From Tubiluchus corallicola (Eukaryota > Animalia > Priapulida): a stretch of 61,701 nucleotides of DNA. Made by a program: the position numbers and the translations under genes. Position 1 is the first letter of the stretch. Every line of letters begins with the position of its first letter. Below are positions 1 to 14,349 of this stretch, in pieces. The notes under the pieces were generated by a model. It saw only the letters and a program-made list of their open reading frames with translations, made no database searches and was not told the origin of the DNA. Location: contig JAQGDQ010001116.1 of the NCBI GenBank assembly GCA_030141605.1, positions 1 through 61,701 of the forward strand. The letters run 5' to 3'.

Positions 1-384
1 AACAATGTCTTTTGCTCCCCCATTAAGTCTCGTTCACAACCGACGTGCGGTAAATTCGTCGATGGTGTTAATTTCGATCGTTTGACATTGCTCTCAAATT
101 ATATGATTATATACCCGTTATGTGCAAATACACTCGTTAAATGGCTCAGCCTGTTTAAGTTGTAACTTTTTTGTGGTTAAATTTCATTTTGATGCATAAA
201 TGTATCTTCCATACAATGAGTATTCGAAATTTTCACGAAAATCAGCACGGTAATCACTAAAGGTTTTAGTTAAAAAATGGGCAGGTAGGTCGTGCCGGAT
301 CTAAGCCCATTAGTGCTGCCATTCTAATTTCTACTTTACCATATGGGCATTATTTTACTATACTGTATCTCGACACTAGGCGGA

Positions 385-795
385 AGAGCTGCACAAGCAG
401 CCAACGGCTAGAGGGCGGAGGAGGTCAAGTGACCCAACGGCCATGTGTAGAGGAGTAAACCTTCCAAATCAGGAGTGGAGCCCCGAAGGCGGACCAGTGC
501 AGCATGCTCACTGACTCCGGCAGCTCCTGCAGCCAACCTGGTGCTAAACGTAGCGCTCCGCTTTCCTTAGGACTACACCAGGGAGGAAGAGAGGGGGTTC
601 CTGTTGTCTGAGCAACTCAGGATCGCGATGCACCTTGCCCAGGCGTGTGCGCTGGAAATGCCACTCTAGTGGTTCAAGGATTGGACTGCTCAGCCACAGT
701 CGGCGCTGCAGCTCCATCAATGTGATCAATAACTGACTCTCTTGGCGCACACTCCATTGTCTTCCGAGACAGAAGGATGCCAACAACAACAACAT
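385..795 (+). mobile_element. Non-autonomous retroposon (SINE-like, possibly RTE-related) with (CAA)n tail
   Basis: GC-rich island ending GGATGC(CAA)n. Its 3' ~165 bp recur almost identically at 8101-8265, ending at the same tail. The 5' boundary is approximate. Confidence 0.7.
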
Positions 796-1015
796 GTGTT
801 ACGTAATCGAGCCCAAACACATGAAGCCACGACATGTTAATTTTAATTCTGTATTTTAATTATTTGTAACTAGCAGTGCTGTTACAATAACATATTTTCC
901 CGTGTTTGTAACTTTCTGTCGAGTCGAAAGTGTTTGATCAGATGAAATTTGATTTTCGTTAAACCTCTTACACAGATTAGCACTTGGGTTTGGTCTTGGT
1001 TGTATAGAAGTTCAT

Positions 1016-1071
1016 TGCCTGAAGCCAATTTTACTTTCTTTTATGAGACACGAACAAATTGGCTTCAGGCA
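1016..1071. repeat. Short inverted repeat (16-bp arms)
   Basis: TGCCTGAAGCCAATTT at 1016-1031 and AAATTGGCTTCAGGCA at 1056-1071. Confidence 0.8.
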
Positions 1072-1399
1072 GTAAATTCATTAAGCAAACGGTGACTTAA
1101 ACATCCAAATGGAAAAAGCGGAAATGGCTTCTTTGCAAAGAGAATGGCAAATTTGTTCAGCTTTTCGCACATCTTTGTCAAGAAGAGGCAATTTTTCACC
1201 TTTGTTTGCATTTCATTGACATTTTTGGGACGACAAACTTATTTCAACTCCAGCATTCTCCAGTCTCCACATTTGCATCTTGCGAGTTTCTTTAAAGGAG
1301 ATTTAATCTCTTTTGCGCGTCCGAATAACAAGATATCCAATGTATGTCATTTTTCCAATGTGTAATTTTATGTAATTTTTCCAGTGTTCCCTCAAAATG

Positions 1400-1855
1400 T
1401 TAAGATAATTTTCCCTGACTTTTCCATGACTTTTCCCTGACCAAGATCAACAGAAATTGTATTACCAGTATATATAATCAAACATTTTTGTGTATGGACA
1501 TTCATACATATAGTGATATATAATATGTCTGCACAGTTGCAGTAGTGCTAACGAAATTACACTAATCACATTAAATAAACTTTATTAATCCAATCATTAT
1601 TTTTGGAAACAGAAATTCAAACTGGGAGCCTGCCAGAGCGAAATTTTATTTGAACACGAATCCCTGAAAAATATGTTTGGAAAAATATCGGTTCACGGTG
1701 ATTATTTTTGCAACCTTTTCCAATTTCCCCGACTTTTCGCTCCATTTTCATCATTTTCCCTGACTTTTTATCAAAATATCTTTTTCCCTGACTTATTCAT
1801 GACTTTCCAGGATAGCCTGTATTTTCAAGGATTTTCCTTGACTGTGGGAATCCTG
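1400..1855. mobile_element. End fragment of a non-autonomous DNA transposon
   Basis: Repeated subterminal TTTTCCCTGAC(T) motifs ending in GTGGGAATCCTG. The other end was not found. Confidence 0.45.
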
Positions 1856-1954
1856 TTTTTTAATCATTTTTGCGCTAGTACCAATTTCGTAAAATAGTAT
1901 GCCAGGAATTATAATGTTTATCAAAGTCCCTAATAGACAGTCAATCTTTTTTCT

Positions 1955-2480
1955 TCAAAATCTCATTCCATCTATTGTAGGCATTGAGACATCAACATTT
2001 ATCAGAGTATTCCACCCAATTCTATCTGCAGCTGACAGCGTAAGTTCTTCTACTCCTAAGGATAGATTTGGTTGAAGTTGCTGAACATCTTTATTTGTCT
2101 TAGCTATCCAAGTGGCTTTTGATTTGCCAGGTGGGTTTTTGCGAGGTCTTAATGCTTCCTTTAAGGCGATTCTTCCTGGTGCTTCATTTGGTGATCTCAG
2201 AAGGTGTCCTAGCCATCTTAATAATCGGATCTTGACTTTTGAACTCCAAGAAATTTCTTTCATTCTGGTGCATAAATCTTTGTTTTTAATTATGTATGGC
2301 CATCTTATCTTTAAAACTTTTCTAAGAAGACTTCAACGAAATCTGTCAATCTCCATTTCTTGAGAAATCGTTAAACCCCAAGTTTCACTGTTGTACATAA
2401 ATATGCTGGTACCGTAAGCATTAAATAATCGGAGTCTTACGTTAAGACTTAATTTCTTGCTAGTTATTACATTATTGCGT
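1955..2480 (-). mobile_element. RTE-clade LINE 3' fragment (RT C-terminus), frameshifted
   Basis: Peptides LSLNVRLRLFNAY..SIFMYNSETW and LLRWLGHLLR...PPGK.K.TW. Paralogous copies at 17510-17920 and 39880-40405. Confidence 0.85.
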
Positions 2481-3399
2481 TGCACAAAAGCATGCACTGC
2501 TTGTTGCACTTTCAAGAAAACGGGAAGCTGCCTCAGGAAGAGCGTTGTCTCTACTCAAGCCTCATTTTAGGATGTTAAATAGGTGTTCAGTTTGTTTGTT
2601 CTGGTTGCTACTAGCAACGCAAAATAAGCAAACTTCAAAATGAGCAAAGTTGATAAGCTGTTTCTGTTTTGTAGTCTAATTATCAGAGTGACGTAAGGAC
2701 AAACATTTTTCGTTTCTAATAAGTAGTAACATGTAAAACATTCTGTTGCTTTAGTCTTCAGTGGGATGGTTTTCGTAGAAGTCACCTAGTGGGTGCTTTT
2801 CACTGTTTTCTTGTTATTTTTCTGCAACAGGCCACCTGGTGGCAACCGTTGGCGTTGTGATAAGACGCCAAAGTCCTTCTGCGCTGCATTCTGAAACGAC
2901 AACGCTTTTCTTGAGGCAGCTTCGCATTTTCTTGGAATTGCAATGGCAGGGAAAAGTAAAAGATCAAGCGTTTGTGCATGAGACAGCTTTTACAATTGAT
3001 ACTTCTTGCTGGTTTTCTGTTATTTTTACAATGGAATCCAACTTTGAAGGGAAAGCAAAGAAAGCTGTTCGCTTGTTGTTTGTATCATCTACGTGCCACC
3101 TCTGCGAATTAATTATTTCAAGGGCATATTGCTGTTCTATGTAGCGCCTATCTGCCCACATTCAACAGTTGATCATAATGCAACATGAGCGTGAAGTTAA
3201 TAAGCTTTGTAAGACCTAGTGCTATGGCAACCAGGCTAAACTGAATTATTTCGTCAATAATTTTGATCAAAATATAAAAGTACAAAAGCAATGCGAGATG
3301 AGGGTTGCATGAATCGTACGATGATTATTAGCCTTCTCAGGCTACCTGTGTGAGAGAGTTGTGAACTAAAAATATTTTATTAAAAGAAGATTGATGTCG

Positions 3400-4660
3400 C
3401 AGAGAAGGTTAAAATGAAACCTGCATCCTTAAGTGAGAAAAAAGTTACAAGTGTTCAGCCTCATTAAAATGAAACGTCACTAAACGGGGATGTTGAGAGT
3501 AAGGTTAAAATGAAACCTGCATCGTTAAGTGAGGAAAAAGTATCAACTGTTTATCCTCATTAAAATGAAACGTCACTAAACGGGGATGTCGAGAGTAAGG
3601 TTAAAATGAAAAATGCAGCGTTAAGTGAGAAAAAAGTATCAACTGTTCAGCCTCATTAAAATGAAACGTCACTAAACGGGGATGTCGAGAGTAAGGTTAA
3701 AATGAAACGTGCATCGTTAAGTGAGGAAAAAGTATCAACTGTTCAGCCCCATTAAAATGAAACGTTGCTAAACGGGGATGTTGAGAGTAAGGTTAAAATG
3801 AAACCTGCATCGTTAAGTGAGGAAAAAGTATCAACTGTTCAGCCTCATTAAAATGAAACGTCGCTAAATGGGGATGCCGAGAGTAAGGTTAAAATGAAAC
3901 GTGCATCGTTAAGTGAGGAAAAAGTATCAACTGTTCAGCCTCATTAAAATGAAACGTTGCTAAATGGGGATGTCGAGAGTAAGGTTAAAATGAAACGTGC
4001 ATCGTTAAGTGAGAAAAAAGTATCAACTGTTCAGCCTCATTAAAATGAAACGTTGCTAAACGGGGATGTCGAGAGTAAGGTTAAAATGAAACCTGCATCG
4101 TTAAATGAGGAAAAAGTATCAACTGTTCAGCCTCATTAAAATGAAACGTCGCTAAACGGGGATGTCGAGAGTAAGGTTAAAATGAAACCTGCATCGTTAA
4201 GTGAGAAAAAAGTATCAACTGTTCAGCCTCATTAAAATGAAACGTTGCTAAACGGGGATGTCGAGAGTAAGGTTATAATGAAAAATGCAGCGTTAAGTGA
4301 AAAAAAGAATCAAGTGTTCAGCATCGTTAAAATGAAACGTCGCTAAATGGGGATGCCGAGAGTAAGGTTAAAATGAAACGTGCATCGTTAAATGAGGAAA
4401 AAGTATCAACTGTTCAGCCTCATTAAAATGAAACGTCGCTAAACGGGGATGTCGAGAGTAAGGTTAAAATGAAACCTGCATCGTTAAGTGAGGAAAAAGT
4501 ATCAACTGTTCAGCCTCATTAAAATGAAACGTCGCTAAACGGGGATGTCGAGAGTAAGGTTAAAATAAAACCTGCAGCGTTAAGTGAGGAAAAAGTATCA
4601 ACTGTTCAGCCCCATTAAAATAAAACGTCACTAAACGGGATATCCAGAACAAGGTTAAAA
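3400..4660. repeat. 96-bp tandem repeat, about 13 copies
   Basis: GAGAGTAAGG recurs at 3495, 3591, 3687 and onward. Each unit contains TTAAAATGAAAC twice. Confidence 0.95.
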
Positions 4661-4847
4661 TCGGCACAGTGCTTTCAGCATCATGTCCAGGATAAGGATA
4701 AAATTTGTTTTTATTTTTCGTTTAATGCATTAGACTGAGTGTTTTTATCTGACGTTTGTTCTTGAAAAGTATTATTAGTGTTTGATGTCCATTGCCGTGT
4801 CACCTGTATATATTTGTAAATAAAAGCAATAAACATATGAGTTAAAT

Positions 4848-5300
4848 CAGGGGTGTGCAAATTATCTGACTAGCCGAGCCACATTAAACTTTCCCGCAAT
4901 TCCTGCAGGCCACAGGCAGTTTGATCAAGGAGCCAAGTACAGAAAGGCCTAATAACGATTTTTTTGCATCCGACCTGCATACATCATTACTACTATACTC
5001 AAGAAACTATTTTAGAAGTTATTAAAATTTATATTACAAACCATATATTTCTCCTTTCAGGACAGATAGTGGTAATTTCATTACAATGCATATTAGTAAT
5101 GTGTATCACATAGTCTGTGTAGTACAGTGACATTAAGCTACAACCGTCTTGTAAGGGTTAATGGCATCCGATCTAGTAGAAAAAACTACCCGCACTATCT
5201 TTGGGATCGTGGCACGGACTTCAGCTGGAAACGTTCAATTCATCTCCCGGGCCGCACTTTCATTAGGTTGACAAATCTCTTCGCGGGCCACACAAATTTT
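4848..5300. mobile_element. hAT (Charlie-like) MITE fragment
   Basis: Begins CAGGGGTGTGCAAA and has GGGCCGCA/GCGGGCCAC subterminal motifs. The right end is not evident. Confidence 0.45.
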
Positions 5301-5309
5301 CTCGGTGTA

Positions 5310-5769
5310 AACGTTAAAAAAATAATCAGAGCATTCGTAGCGCACACGTCACTAACTTAGTAAAACTTTAAATTACTGTATTTTGTCAATAAGATTAAAA
5401 ATATGTTTTTGGTTAGTGAGTGGTGCACCCTGGAGGTGAGTCGGCGACATTTTACAAATTGGTGAAAACATTTTGAATAATTATTTCTAGTTGCATAAAT
5501 CTTTCCAGCAGGTAAGCAAAATGCTAAGTAATATAGATTTACTTTGGGTCATAATTTAACATTTCCTTTTCTTCTCCTGATTTACGTGGCGTAGTGACGT
5601 CACGTAATGGCGCAGTCTGAACAGTATTGCGGGAGATTTAAAACGAAAACAAACAAAAATTCCCTTTAACGCGAGTACGACGTACGCATAAAATCGCTGC
5701 AAAGTAGTATAATTTTTTAAGGCGATTTTTCTGAAACCTGCTTCCGGTACCCCTTTTCTTGATCTTTAA
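5310..5769 (-). mobile_element. Kolobok-like MITE family A, partial copy
   Basis: Reverse complement of the left part of 19878-20544; ends CTTTTCTTGATCTTTAA. Confidence 0.75.
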
Positions 5770-6521
5770 GCTATTTCAACGACACTCTAACAACCCCATA
5801 AGCTAGTAATAATTTCACAAAAACGTTCCGTCGTATCGTGTCGCCACATTTTGCAAAATTTTAATGTGGCGCCACCTAGTCACGCAAAAATCAACTAAAT
5901 GGGAACGCTGGGGAGAGCTCCATCGTTGGTCATGTCCTTGTGTGCTTGTTGATGGTTTTCCTGTTGGCATGTGGCTTTGCAAGTAGGCTAATCCAGGCTC
6001 TAACTTCATTAAACACATAAAATTTGTACCCATGCCTGTGTTTGCCTTTGGCCTTTCTTGTCCTTTAAGCTCTGCTGAGGCGTTTCTACGTGCAGTCACA
6101 AAGTTCACATTCTCGGTAACGACTCATAATTTGGTGGATGAGAGTTTGAGAGGAAACAAGCTCTCTCAGACTGTCTGACTTCCTGTACAATCACCTAAAC
6201 TAGTGTAATTGTCAAACGGCAGTATTTTCTGCTTTGATCGGCTCAATAGATTCTGCACTTTTCATATCAGCAGGAGACAAATCAGTTTATTGCTCTGTAG
6301 CGTGGTGGTAATTGCCAGTCTTACTGACAACAGAAATTTATTTAATAAACCACGAATACGCAGAAAGGAAGTATTTTTGCGAATTTAAGTCGTTCCATTG
6401 AGGTAATTAGTTTTATGTTTAATGGAAGCAATCTAGGGTACAATAAAGTGAATGTCTGTGAAGGAGGTTTTGCTCTTACCTTCTGTTTCATTTTGAGTCT
6501 TTCATTCTTTCCTTTGCTGAC

Positions 6522-7031
6522 TCCTCTCCTCTCCTCTGCTGTCCTCTGCTCTCCTCTCCTCTCCTCTCCTCTCCTCTCCTCTCCTCTCCTCTCCTCTCCT
6601 CTCCTCTCCTCTCCTCTCCGCTCCGCTCCGCTCCGCTCCGCTCGTCTCTTCTCTTCTCTTCTCTTCTCTTCTCTTCTCTTCTCTTCTCTTCTCTTCTCTT
6701 CTCTTCTCTTCTCTTCTCTTCTCTTCTCTTCTCTTCTCTTCTCTTCTCTTCTCTTCTCTTCTCTTCTCTTCTCTCCTCTCCTCTCCTCTCTTCTCTTCTC
6801 TTCTCTTCTCTTCTCTTCTCTCCTCTCCTCTCCTCTCCTCTCCTCTCCTCTCCTCTCCTCTCCTCTCCTCTCCTCTCCTCTCCTCTCCTCTCTTCTCTTC
6901 TCTTCTCTTCTCTTCTCTTCTCTTCTCTTCTCTTCTCTTCTCTCTCTCTTTCTCTTTCTCTCCCTCTCTTTCCCTTTTTTTCTCTCTCTCTTTCTCTCTC
7001 TCTTTCACTCTCGCTCTTCTCTCTCTCTCCG

Positions 7032-7075
<44 letters not shown>

Positions 7076-7170
7076 TCGCTCTCTCTCTCTCTCCCTCTCT
7101 TCTCTCTCTCTCTCTTTCTGTCTCTCTCTCTTTCCTTCTCTCTCTTTCTTCCTTCCCCTCTCTCTCCCTC
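6522..7170. repeat. Polypyrimidine compound microsatellite (CTCCT)n/(CTCTT)n/(CT)n
   Basis: Seen directly; accounts for the spurious ORFs 6415-7200 and 6502-7197. Confidence 0.97.
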
Positions 7171-7557
7171 CCTTCTTCTCTTGCTTTTCTCGTTCACTAA
7201 ATTGCTACTTCCCTCTCCATTGCTTTCCCCCTCCCTACGACCTTACCTTGTCGCTTCTCTCATGTTGGTGTAACTTTAGGGTTGATAAACTTTAACCTGT
7301 TTGGCCATTACGTTATTAGTTACATCTTGCATTGTGTTAGTAGTAATGACTTCCCGTCTATTATGGAAACCCGGGAACGATCAATAATGCCTCAGTGGTT
7401 GGCATTCTGTAAATAATGATAAGTAGAGAGTAATTTATGCAGTTTTGGCACCTTGCAAGATTAACCAAAGTAATTAACCAACCTAAGAAGCCTTTTATCC
7501 CAGCAGAGCGCAAGCGTTTCAGCATAAATTGAGTTTTGCCAAACTAACGGAAACCGT

Positions 7558-8021
7558 TTAAAGGACAAGAAAAGGCCTAGTTAAAGCAAGTCTCAGAAAA
7601 TTTCGCTAAAGAATTATAACGGTTAGAGGCTATCTTAAGCGATTATCATATTCACGTTAAAAGAATTTCCTGTTTGTTTTCATTTTAAAATCTCCCGCGA
7701 GACTGTCACGGCGGCGCCATATTAGATGGCGTCACAGAACCACAACACAAATCTTTATAGTACACCTGCTCAGAACTCACTGCGACTGTGTTCGAGTGAT
7801 GTCATGCCACGTGATCAGTCACATGCTGGCTTTTCAATTGGCGGACTACATGAAACATGTTTGCGCCAACGTTCACTGCAGCAGTTGAAATATTTTACAA
7901 AAATTGGAGTAAATGCGAAAACGTGAGTACTTTATTCGCCTAAGATTTTACTTAGGTGATATAATTTTTTATTGCGAAGTTTCTGAGGCTTATTTTGGTT
8001 AGCCATTTTCTTATCCTTTAA
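7558..8021. mobile_element. Complete TTAA-flanked Kolobok-like MITE related to family A
   Basis: TTAA-AGGACAAGAAAA...TTTTCTTATCCT-TTAA with imperfect TIRs of about 45 bp. Confidence 0.75.
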
Positions 8022-8100
8022 AGGAAAGGCCAAACCTTCTGGGAAGTTAGTCTTATTTCAATATTCCTGAAAAATGTTTGAAGGATTTAGTAAAAAAATA

Positions 8101-8265
8101 TCTCCATACACCTTGCCCAGACGTGCGCCCTGGAGATGCCTCTCCAGTGGATCAAGGATCGGACTGCTCAGCCACAGTCGGCGCTGCAGCTCCATCAATG
8201 TGATCAATAACTGACTCTCTTGGCGCACACCCCATTGTCTTCCGAGACACAAGGATGCCAACAAT
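8101..8265 (+). mobile_element. 5'-truncated copy of the SINE-like element at 385-795
   Basis: Near-identical to about 625-790 and ends GGATGCCAACAA. Confidence 0.8.
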
Positions 8266-8328
8266 ACTGGTGGTTCACGTGTGCTCTAATACGGTTTCTG
8301 TCTAGAATACTTATACTAGTATGGTTAT

Positions 8329-8483
8329 TTAACACAGCCAGCGACTGAGACATATGGACCTACATTAACACAGCCAGCGACTGAGACATATGGACCTACA
8401 TTAACACAGCCAGCGACTGAGACATATGGACCTACATTAACACAGCTAGCGACTGAGACATACGGACCTACATTAACACAGCC
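8329..8483. repeat. 36-bp minisatellite, about 4.3 copies
   Basis: Unit TTAACACAGCCAGCGACTGAGACATATGGACCTACA. Confidence 0.95.
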
Positions 8484-9079
8484 AAAAAGTGCAATCTTAT
8501 CTCTCAGTCGTTTAAACTAGAAATAATTTCAAAATGAACTTCATTAAACTCATCTATTCTACTTCTACATTGTACTGTTATAGTTTGCCAATATTCGCGT
8601 CAACAGGCTTCTGTCAATTGCAGCAGGCGTGCCAAGTCAGTACCATTATTATTCGGAACTAAATGGCTTCGTTTAGCTAGGGGTGGTTGTTTTTCTGTCG
8701 CTGCGAAGCCGTGCTGAGTAGAGAAATCTTTTCTCTCTTGGCGAATGAGTCATTAGTCACAAGGAAATCTTCTTTTAAGACGAATAACTGTAGGCAAAGG
8801 CATTTCGAGCAAGTTTATAGCTAGTGGTTAAAAGGTCTTAACCGAAACGGTTGTAGAAATTTAATCCACTTTTGCTGGAAAGAGATAATATGTGTATCTG
8901 TTTTTGGGGAAAATGTATGTATGTATGTAGTTTATTGACTAAAACAAGTTACATGTATACACGAGGAACGAGGTAAATGCCACAATCGATACATTAGTGA
9001 TTTTAGTCCAGATTGTCACTTTACGTACATTTCCTACTCAAGGTTATAGCATTAAAAACAATGTTATGCATACAATTTA

Positions 9080-9530
9080 CATCAGCATAAAACTTGCAAA
9101 ATTTCATAACATATTATATAACAATTAGTGTGCTCAAAGAAGTGAGTTAAATCAGCAGAGTTTACATTGTCGTCGCGGTTTCTAATATTTGATGTTAGGG
9201 GGCGTGTCTGTATAACGTGTTTCTCAGTTTGAATGTCCCCACAAGGACTTAACCTATTTTCCCTTGGCTCGCCCATCTACCCGTTTCTATCCGCAGCCTA
9301 TGTGATTGAAGACGCATTCTTGTGAAGCTTGTCCGATGATGGTCAAATATTGTTGATTCAAAACGAGGAGTTTCGAGACCGGGGTTCAATTCCAAGTAGG
9401 TTACACAACGTGTAGAATTAACCCAATTCCTTATGCGCTGTTCCAACAAAACTCTCTGCTGAGGTATATAGTCTGGCCGGTAATTCGCCTCAAACATTTG
9501 AAACTTTTGTGGCTTTGATCGCTGCTTCAA
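9080..9530 (-). mobile_element. LINE ORF2 3' fragment (CR1/L2-like group)
   Basis: FTRMRLQSHRLRIETGRW, then after a frameshift RL.PCGDIQTEKHVI, the typical C-terminal Zn-knuckle region. Confidence 0.8.
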
Positions 9531-10091
9531 AAAAAACGTATAGGGCTAGATATTGTAGTAAATTTGAACCGAGAGAAATGCATCGTTTATAGAAAATTTT
9601 TCTTCAAAGGTGTTCTGACGTGTAGATGACGCATTCGACATACAGATGGCGCTGTCTGGAATTACCCAACCACCTGTTTCAATGGTGCGCGCGCTTTCCA
9701 CGTAGTCGTTCGCAGGTTTGTCTGCAAATAGGCCCATACATACGGCTTACATGTGTATATATAGAGCTGAAATTCCTAGATACTGGGAATTATTACAGGT
9801 AATGAGTATAAATTTACCCTAATTCAGTCACACACAGTCAAACACGTCCTTTGCTGTCAACGACAAAACTTGATTTCATGGCTGCAATGTCATTGTGTTC
9901 AAAAACAAAAGGCCATCCAAGCAAGCAAGAAGCAAAAAGTGCAATCTTGTCGTTCTTGCCCGGAGCCATGAAGAAGTTTTGAAACACGGCTTCTCGAAAA
10001 TGTGGTTATCAGTTCACTACCCTCAACTGGAAACTAATCAGTGAATGAGGCGGACGGATACACCGAACTAATTTCACAAGCTTCTGATTTT

Positions 10092-10330
10092 AAAGGAAAA
10101 CCTAACCCAGTTTCAATCTACCCTATACAATATAGAAATCGAACAAAGTGTATTTTTCAAGAATGACTTACGTGAAAGAATTATTACAACAGAAATGTAA
10201 TTTACAAATGCAAATTAGAATACATTTTGCTAATTAGCTAATTAGTAGGCACCTACATCCAGGGAGCGCTTTGCAAAAAAACAAGTGATGTACCTCTCAG
10301 TTCGAAGGTGTTCAGTTGTGACCTTGTGCA
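10092..10330 (-). mobile_element. Kolobok-like MITE family C, partial copy
   Basis: Starts TTAAAGGAAAACC; reverse-complement similarity to about 18790-19055 and 30720-30968. Confidence 0.6.
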
Positions 10331-10878
10331 CACGTTCTAGAGCTCATCCTGTTCTGTGTTTGATCCTAAAAGTATTTCAAGATGCGTTTGCTTTCAACAC
10401 TTTCCTTCATGACTAAGCATACACGTCTACTCACTTTTGCTAGCTACAAGCGAAAAATTATTATTTTTTCATTCTTTGGTTCTAAGTCCTAATCATCATA
10501 ATAATAATAATCTCAAATATGTAAAGTTTAACTTAATATTTAAAGATGGTCATCGTTTGTTTCTTGTTATTGAACATGGTTCTATTAGAAACTAAAACTT
10601 TCATATCATAATTTAATCAACAATCGCCTTAAATGTAAAATTTCATAATTTTTAATTACTCTGGTCTTTGCCGTCCTTGCTGTCGTTGCAGTTGTCGTTG
10701 TTGCTGTATTATCGTCATAATTCTCTGAGTTTATTTGTTCAATTTATAAGCTTAGTCGTAATTCGATATCTATGCTAATGTAAGTGACACAAGTGATCTA
10801 GGGGAAGGATACTATAAATCCAGTTTTCCACTTTTTGATCCATGTTAACTCGCAAACGAGAAGAGTTTTAGTAAAGTA

Positions 10879-11463
<585 letters not shown>

Positions 11464-11897
11464 ATGTGACGACCACTGGCACCATTTTTGACGCTTTATG
11501 GTGTATTACATAAAAGAATAAATAGTTTTGTCAGGAATGCAAAATAGGGGTTATCTTTTACTTTATCCGAGCGCGCCAGAGTTCATCACATGTGGATAAA
11601 AACAATTTTTGATACTAATTTTTTAAGGCAAGGGGTTTTTATCCAGACTTTTTTAACGAGGGTCCTAGTAGTTTGATTAAAACTGATGCTATTTTAGGCC
11701 ATTATCATTTGTACTTAGAAATGACGAGGACGAACAGGAGGACAAACAAACGTTATTGCTTTTTATGAAAAAAACGTGCAAAAATTATTTAATGGTAATT
11801 TCAAAAAAAATATTTTCTGTAAATTACTTATATACACACATATAATGAAAGAATTCAGTTAACCCCATCCCAGGTATAATAGGAAGAGAGGAGAGGA

Positions 11898-12540
<643 letters not shown>

Positions 12541-13075
12541 CCTCTCCTCTCCCATCCCTCTCTTTCTCAGCTCCACTTCTTGAAATGTCATTTTTCTCGT
12601 GATGAGACTCACGCTAATGACTAGAACTCAAACATCACTTCTACAATAGTCTTCATGCTAATATCACGTGACATATAAGCCTATATTAATATTATCTTAT
12701 GTATCTTTTACTGACACTTCCGTTAGCCGGAAGCACCATAGAAATTTGTCTGAAGAAATGTTTGTAGCTTTCGTGAATGCGTATTGTTAAACAGATTCAG
12801 CTAGCATAAGCGGATTTCCGGCAACAATTAATTACAGCACGCCTTGCATCTGAGAATATTTCCTTACTGCATAGCATTTTCCATATCTTTGATTATCTTT
12901 TCACAAACATTTGAATGTCTGTATGATTTTCGCAAACAAGATTATCCAAAGTCAGAGGAACGTAATTAATTTATTTGAGACGACATCGTCGCTACAACAA
13001 CTTGAATCTGTTGAGAAGACAGTCGAGACACCTGAGTGGAGGAAGGATATTACGCCTACAAACAACAAATTCAAC

Positions 13076-14349
13076 TTAAAAGAAAACCGGATGATTGTGT
13101 AAACACGAGCTCAGAATAAAGAAATCTGGGGTTGAGCAGCCGAAACTCGACTTCCAAGTTACCTCCTGATGACTCCAAAAATCTGTAATTGTATTTGTCT
13201 TTTCGTTATCCTCACTCCTTTCATAACGCATTCATTGAAAAATATTATAACTATATGTACATATGAAAATAACAAAAATTCTCTTCTCTACATTAGCTCA
13301 AGCTATTTGATAATTATTGATTACTATCGTGCCTAAATTTTAATTCAATCACCTCTCAAAAAGCTAAAAATATAATATAATATATAAAACCCACTCCCAT
13401 GACCATCTTTATCCAAACTGTTTTTTCTCGCTATCCTACTCTTAGTGACCTGCCTAACTGTTCCTGTTTCACATTTCTTATAAACTTCTTTTCTCGCTAG
13501 TACAAACTATATTTACTAACAATTGCCAGGTGCCACAAGCTGGTCGGCCGCTGCTGTAGCGATATGCTTCAGTTTAAACCTAGACATGTGCTCGCATCTA
13601 GCATAACCTCTTGGTTATCGCATTTCCAGGGCTAATTTTATATTGGTTTTCATAAATAAAGAAAGCTGTAAAATATTGAAAACTACAATAGCTTTTTTTA
13701 AATCAAAGCTTAGATTAAATAATAATTACCTCGGATACTCAAATTTTGTTAAACTTTGAAAGTTACGCGCGGGTCAGTGAATCTACTAAGATTGGCAGCG
13801 ACGCTTTTTTGTCACATGCGCGTGGCCGACAAATAGAAGGCGGTACCGTGACAAGCATGAGCATGAACTGCAGTGTTAGTTTCATGACGTCATATGATGT
13901 AGAACCCATTTTCGTGACATCATGCGTTTGAACAGTACTGTAACACTTACGCAAATGTGCTTGACGCGCAAGGGAAGATGCTTGTTATTGCACAAACTGT
14001 GGTTAGTTTCTGACGTAAGCAATAGCTGTCTTCGGTTATATCTGCCGTTAATTAACTTTCTAAGCTAATTATTCAATGCCGTTAATTAACTTTCTAAGCT
14101 AATTATTCAAATATAAGAAACAACTGTTAACTTTTATAGGCAAGAAAATGTACATTTTGGATAGTAAATTAAAATGAGATTGAGTCTAAACAATCATCCG
14201 CTCTTCCTTGTTCGGTTGCCGTTAATTAACTTTCTAAGCTAATTATTCAAATATAGGAAACAACTATTAACTTTTATAGGCAAGAAAATGTATATTTTGG
14301 ATAGTAAATTAAAATGAGATTGAGTCTAAACAATCCGGTCTACCTTTAA
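13076..14349 (-). mobile_element. Kolobok-like MITE family B, interrupted by about 550 bp of unrelated DNA and carrying an internal duplication
   Basis: Ends TTAA-AAGAAAACCGGATGATTG and CAATCCGGTCTACCT-TTAA. 13670-14349 is the reverse complement of 54504-55000. About 120 bp is duplicated (14078-14198 and 14217-14335). Confidence 0.75.

Noticed and set aside
5815-6350. Possible piggyBac C-terminal Cys-rich remnant on the minus strand
   Set aside because: The motifs are scattered over several frames and too weak to call without a search.
6415-7200. 261-aa and 231-aa ORFs
   Set aside because: Translations of a pyrimidine microsatellite.
8329-8483. 36-bp repeat as a CRISPR array (also 56970-57320)
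   Set aside because: Head-to-tail tandem units with no spacers.
13136-13180. CGAAAC...CTGATGA permuted hammerhead candidate
   Set aside because: No room for stem I, and stem II does not pair.
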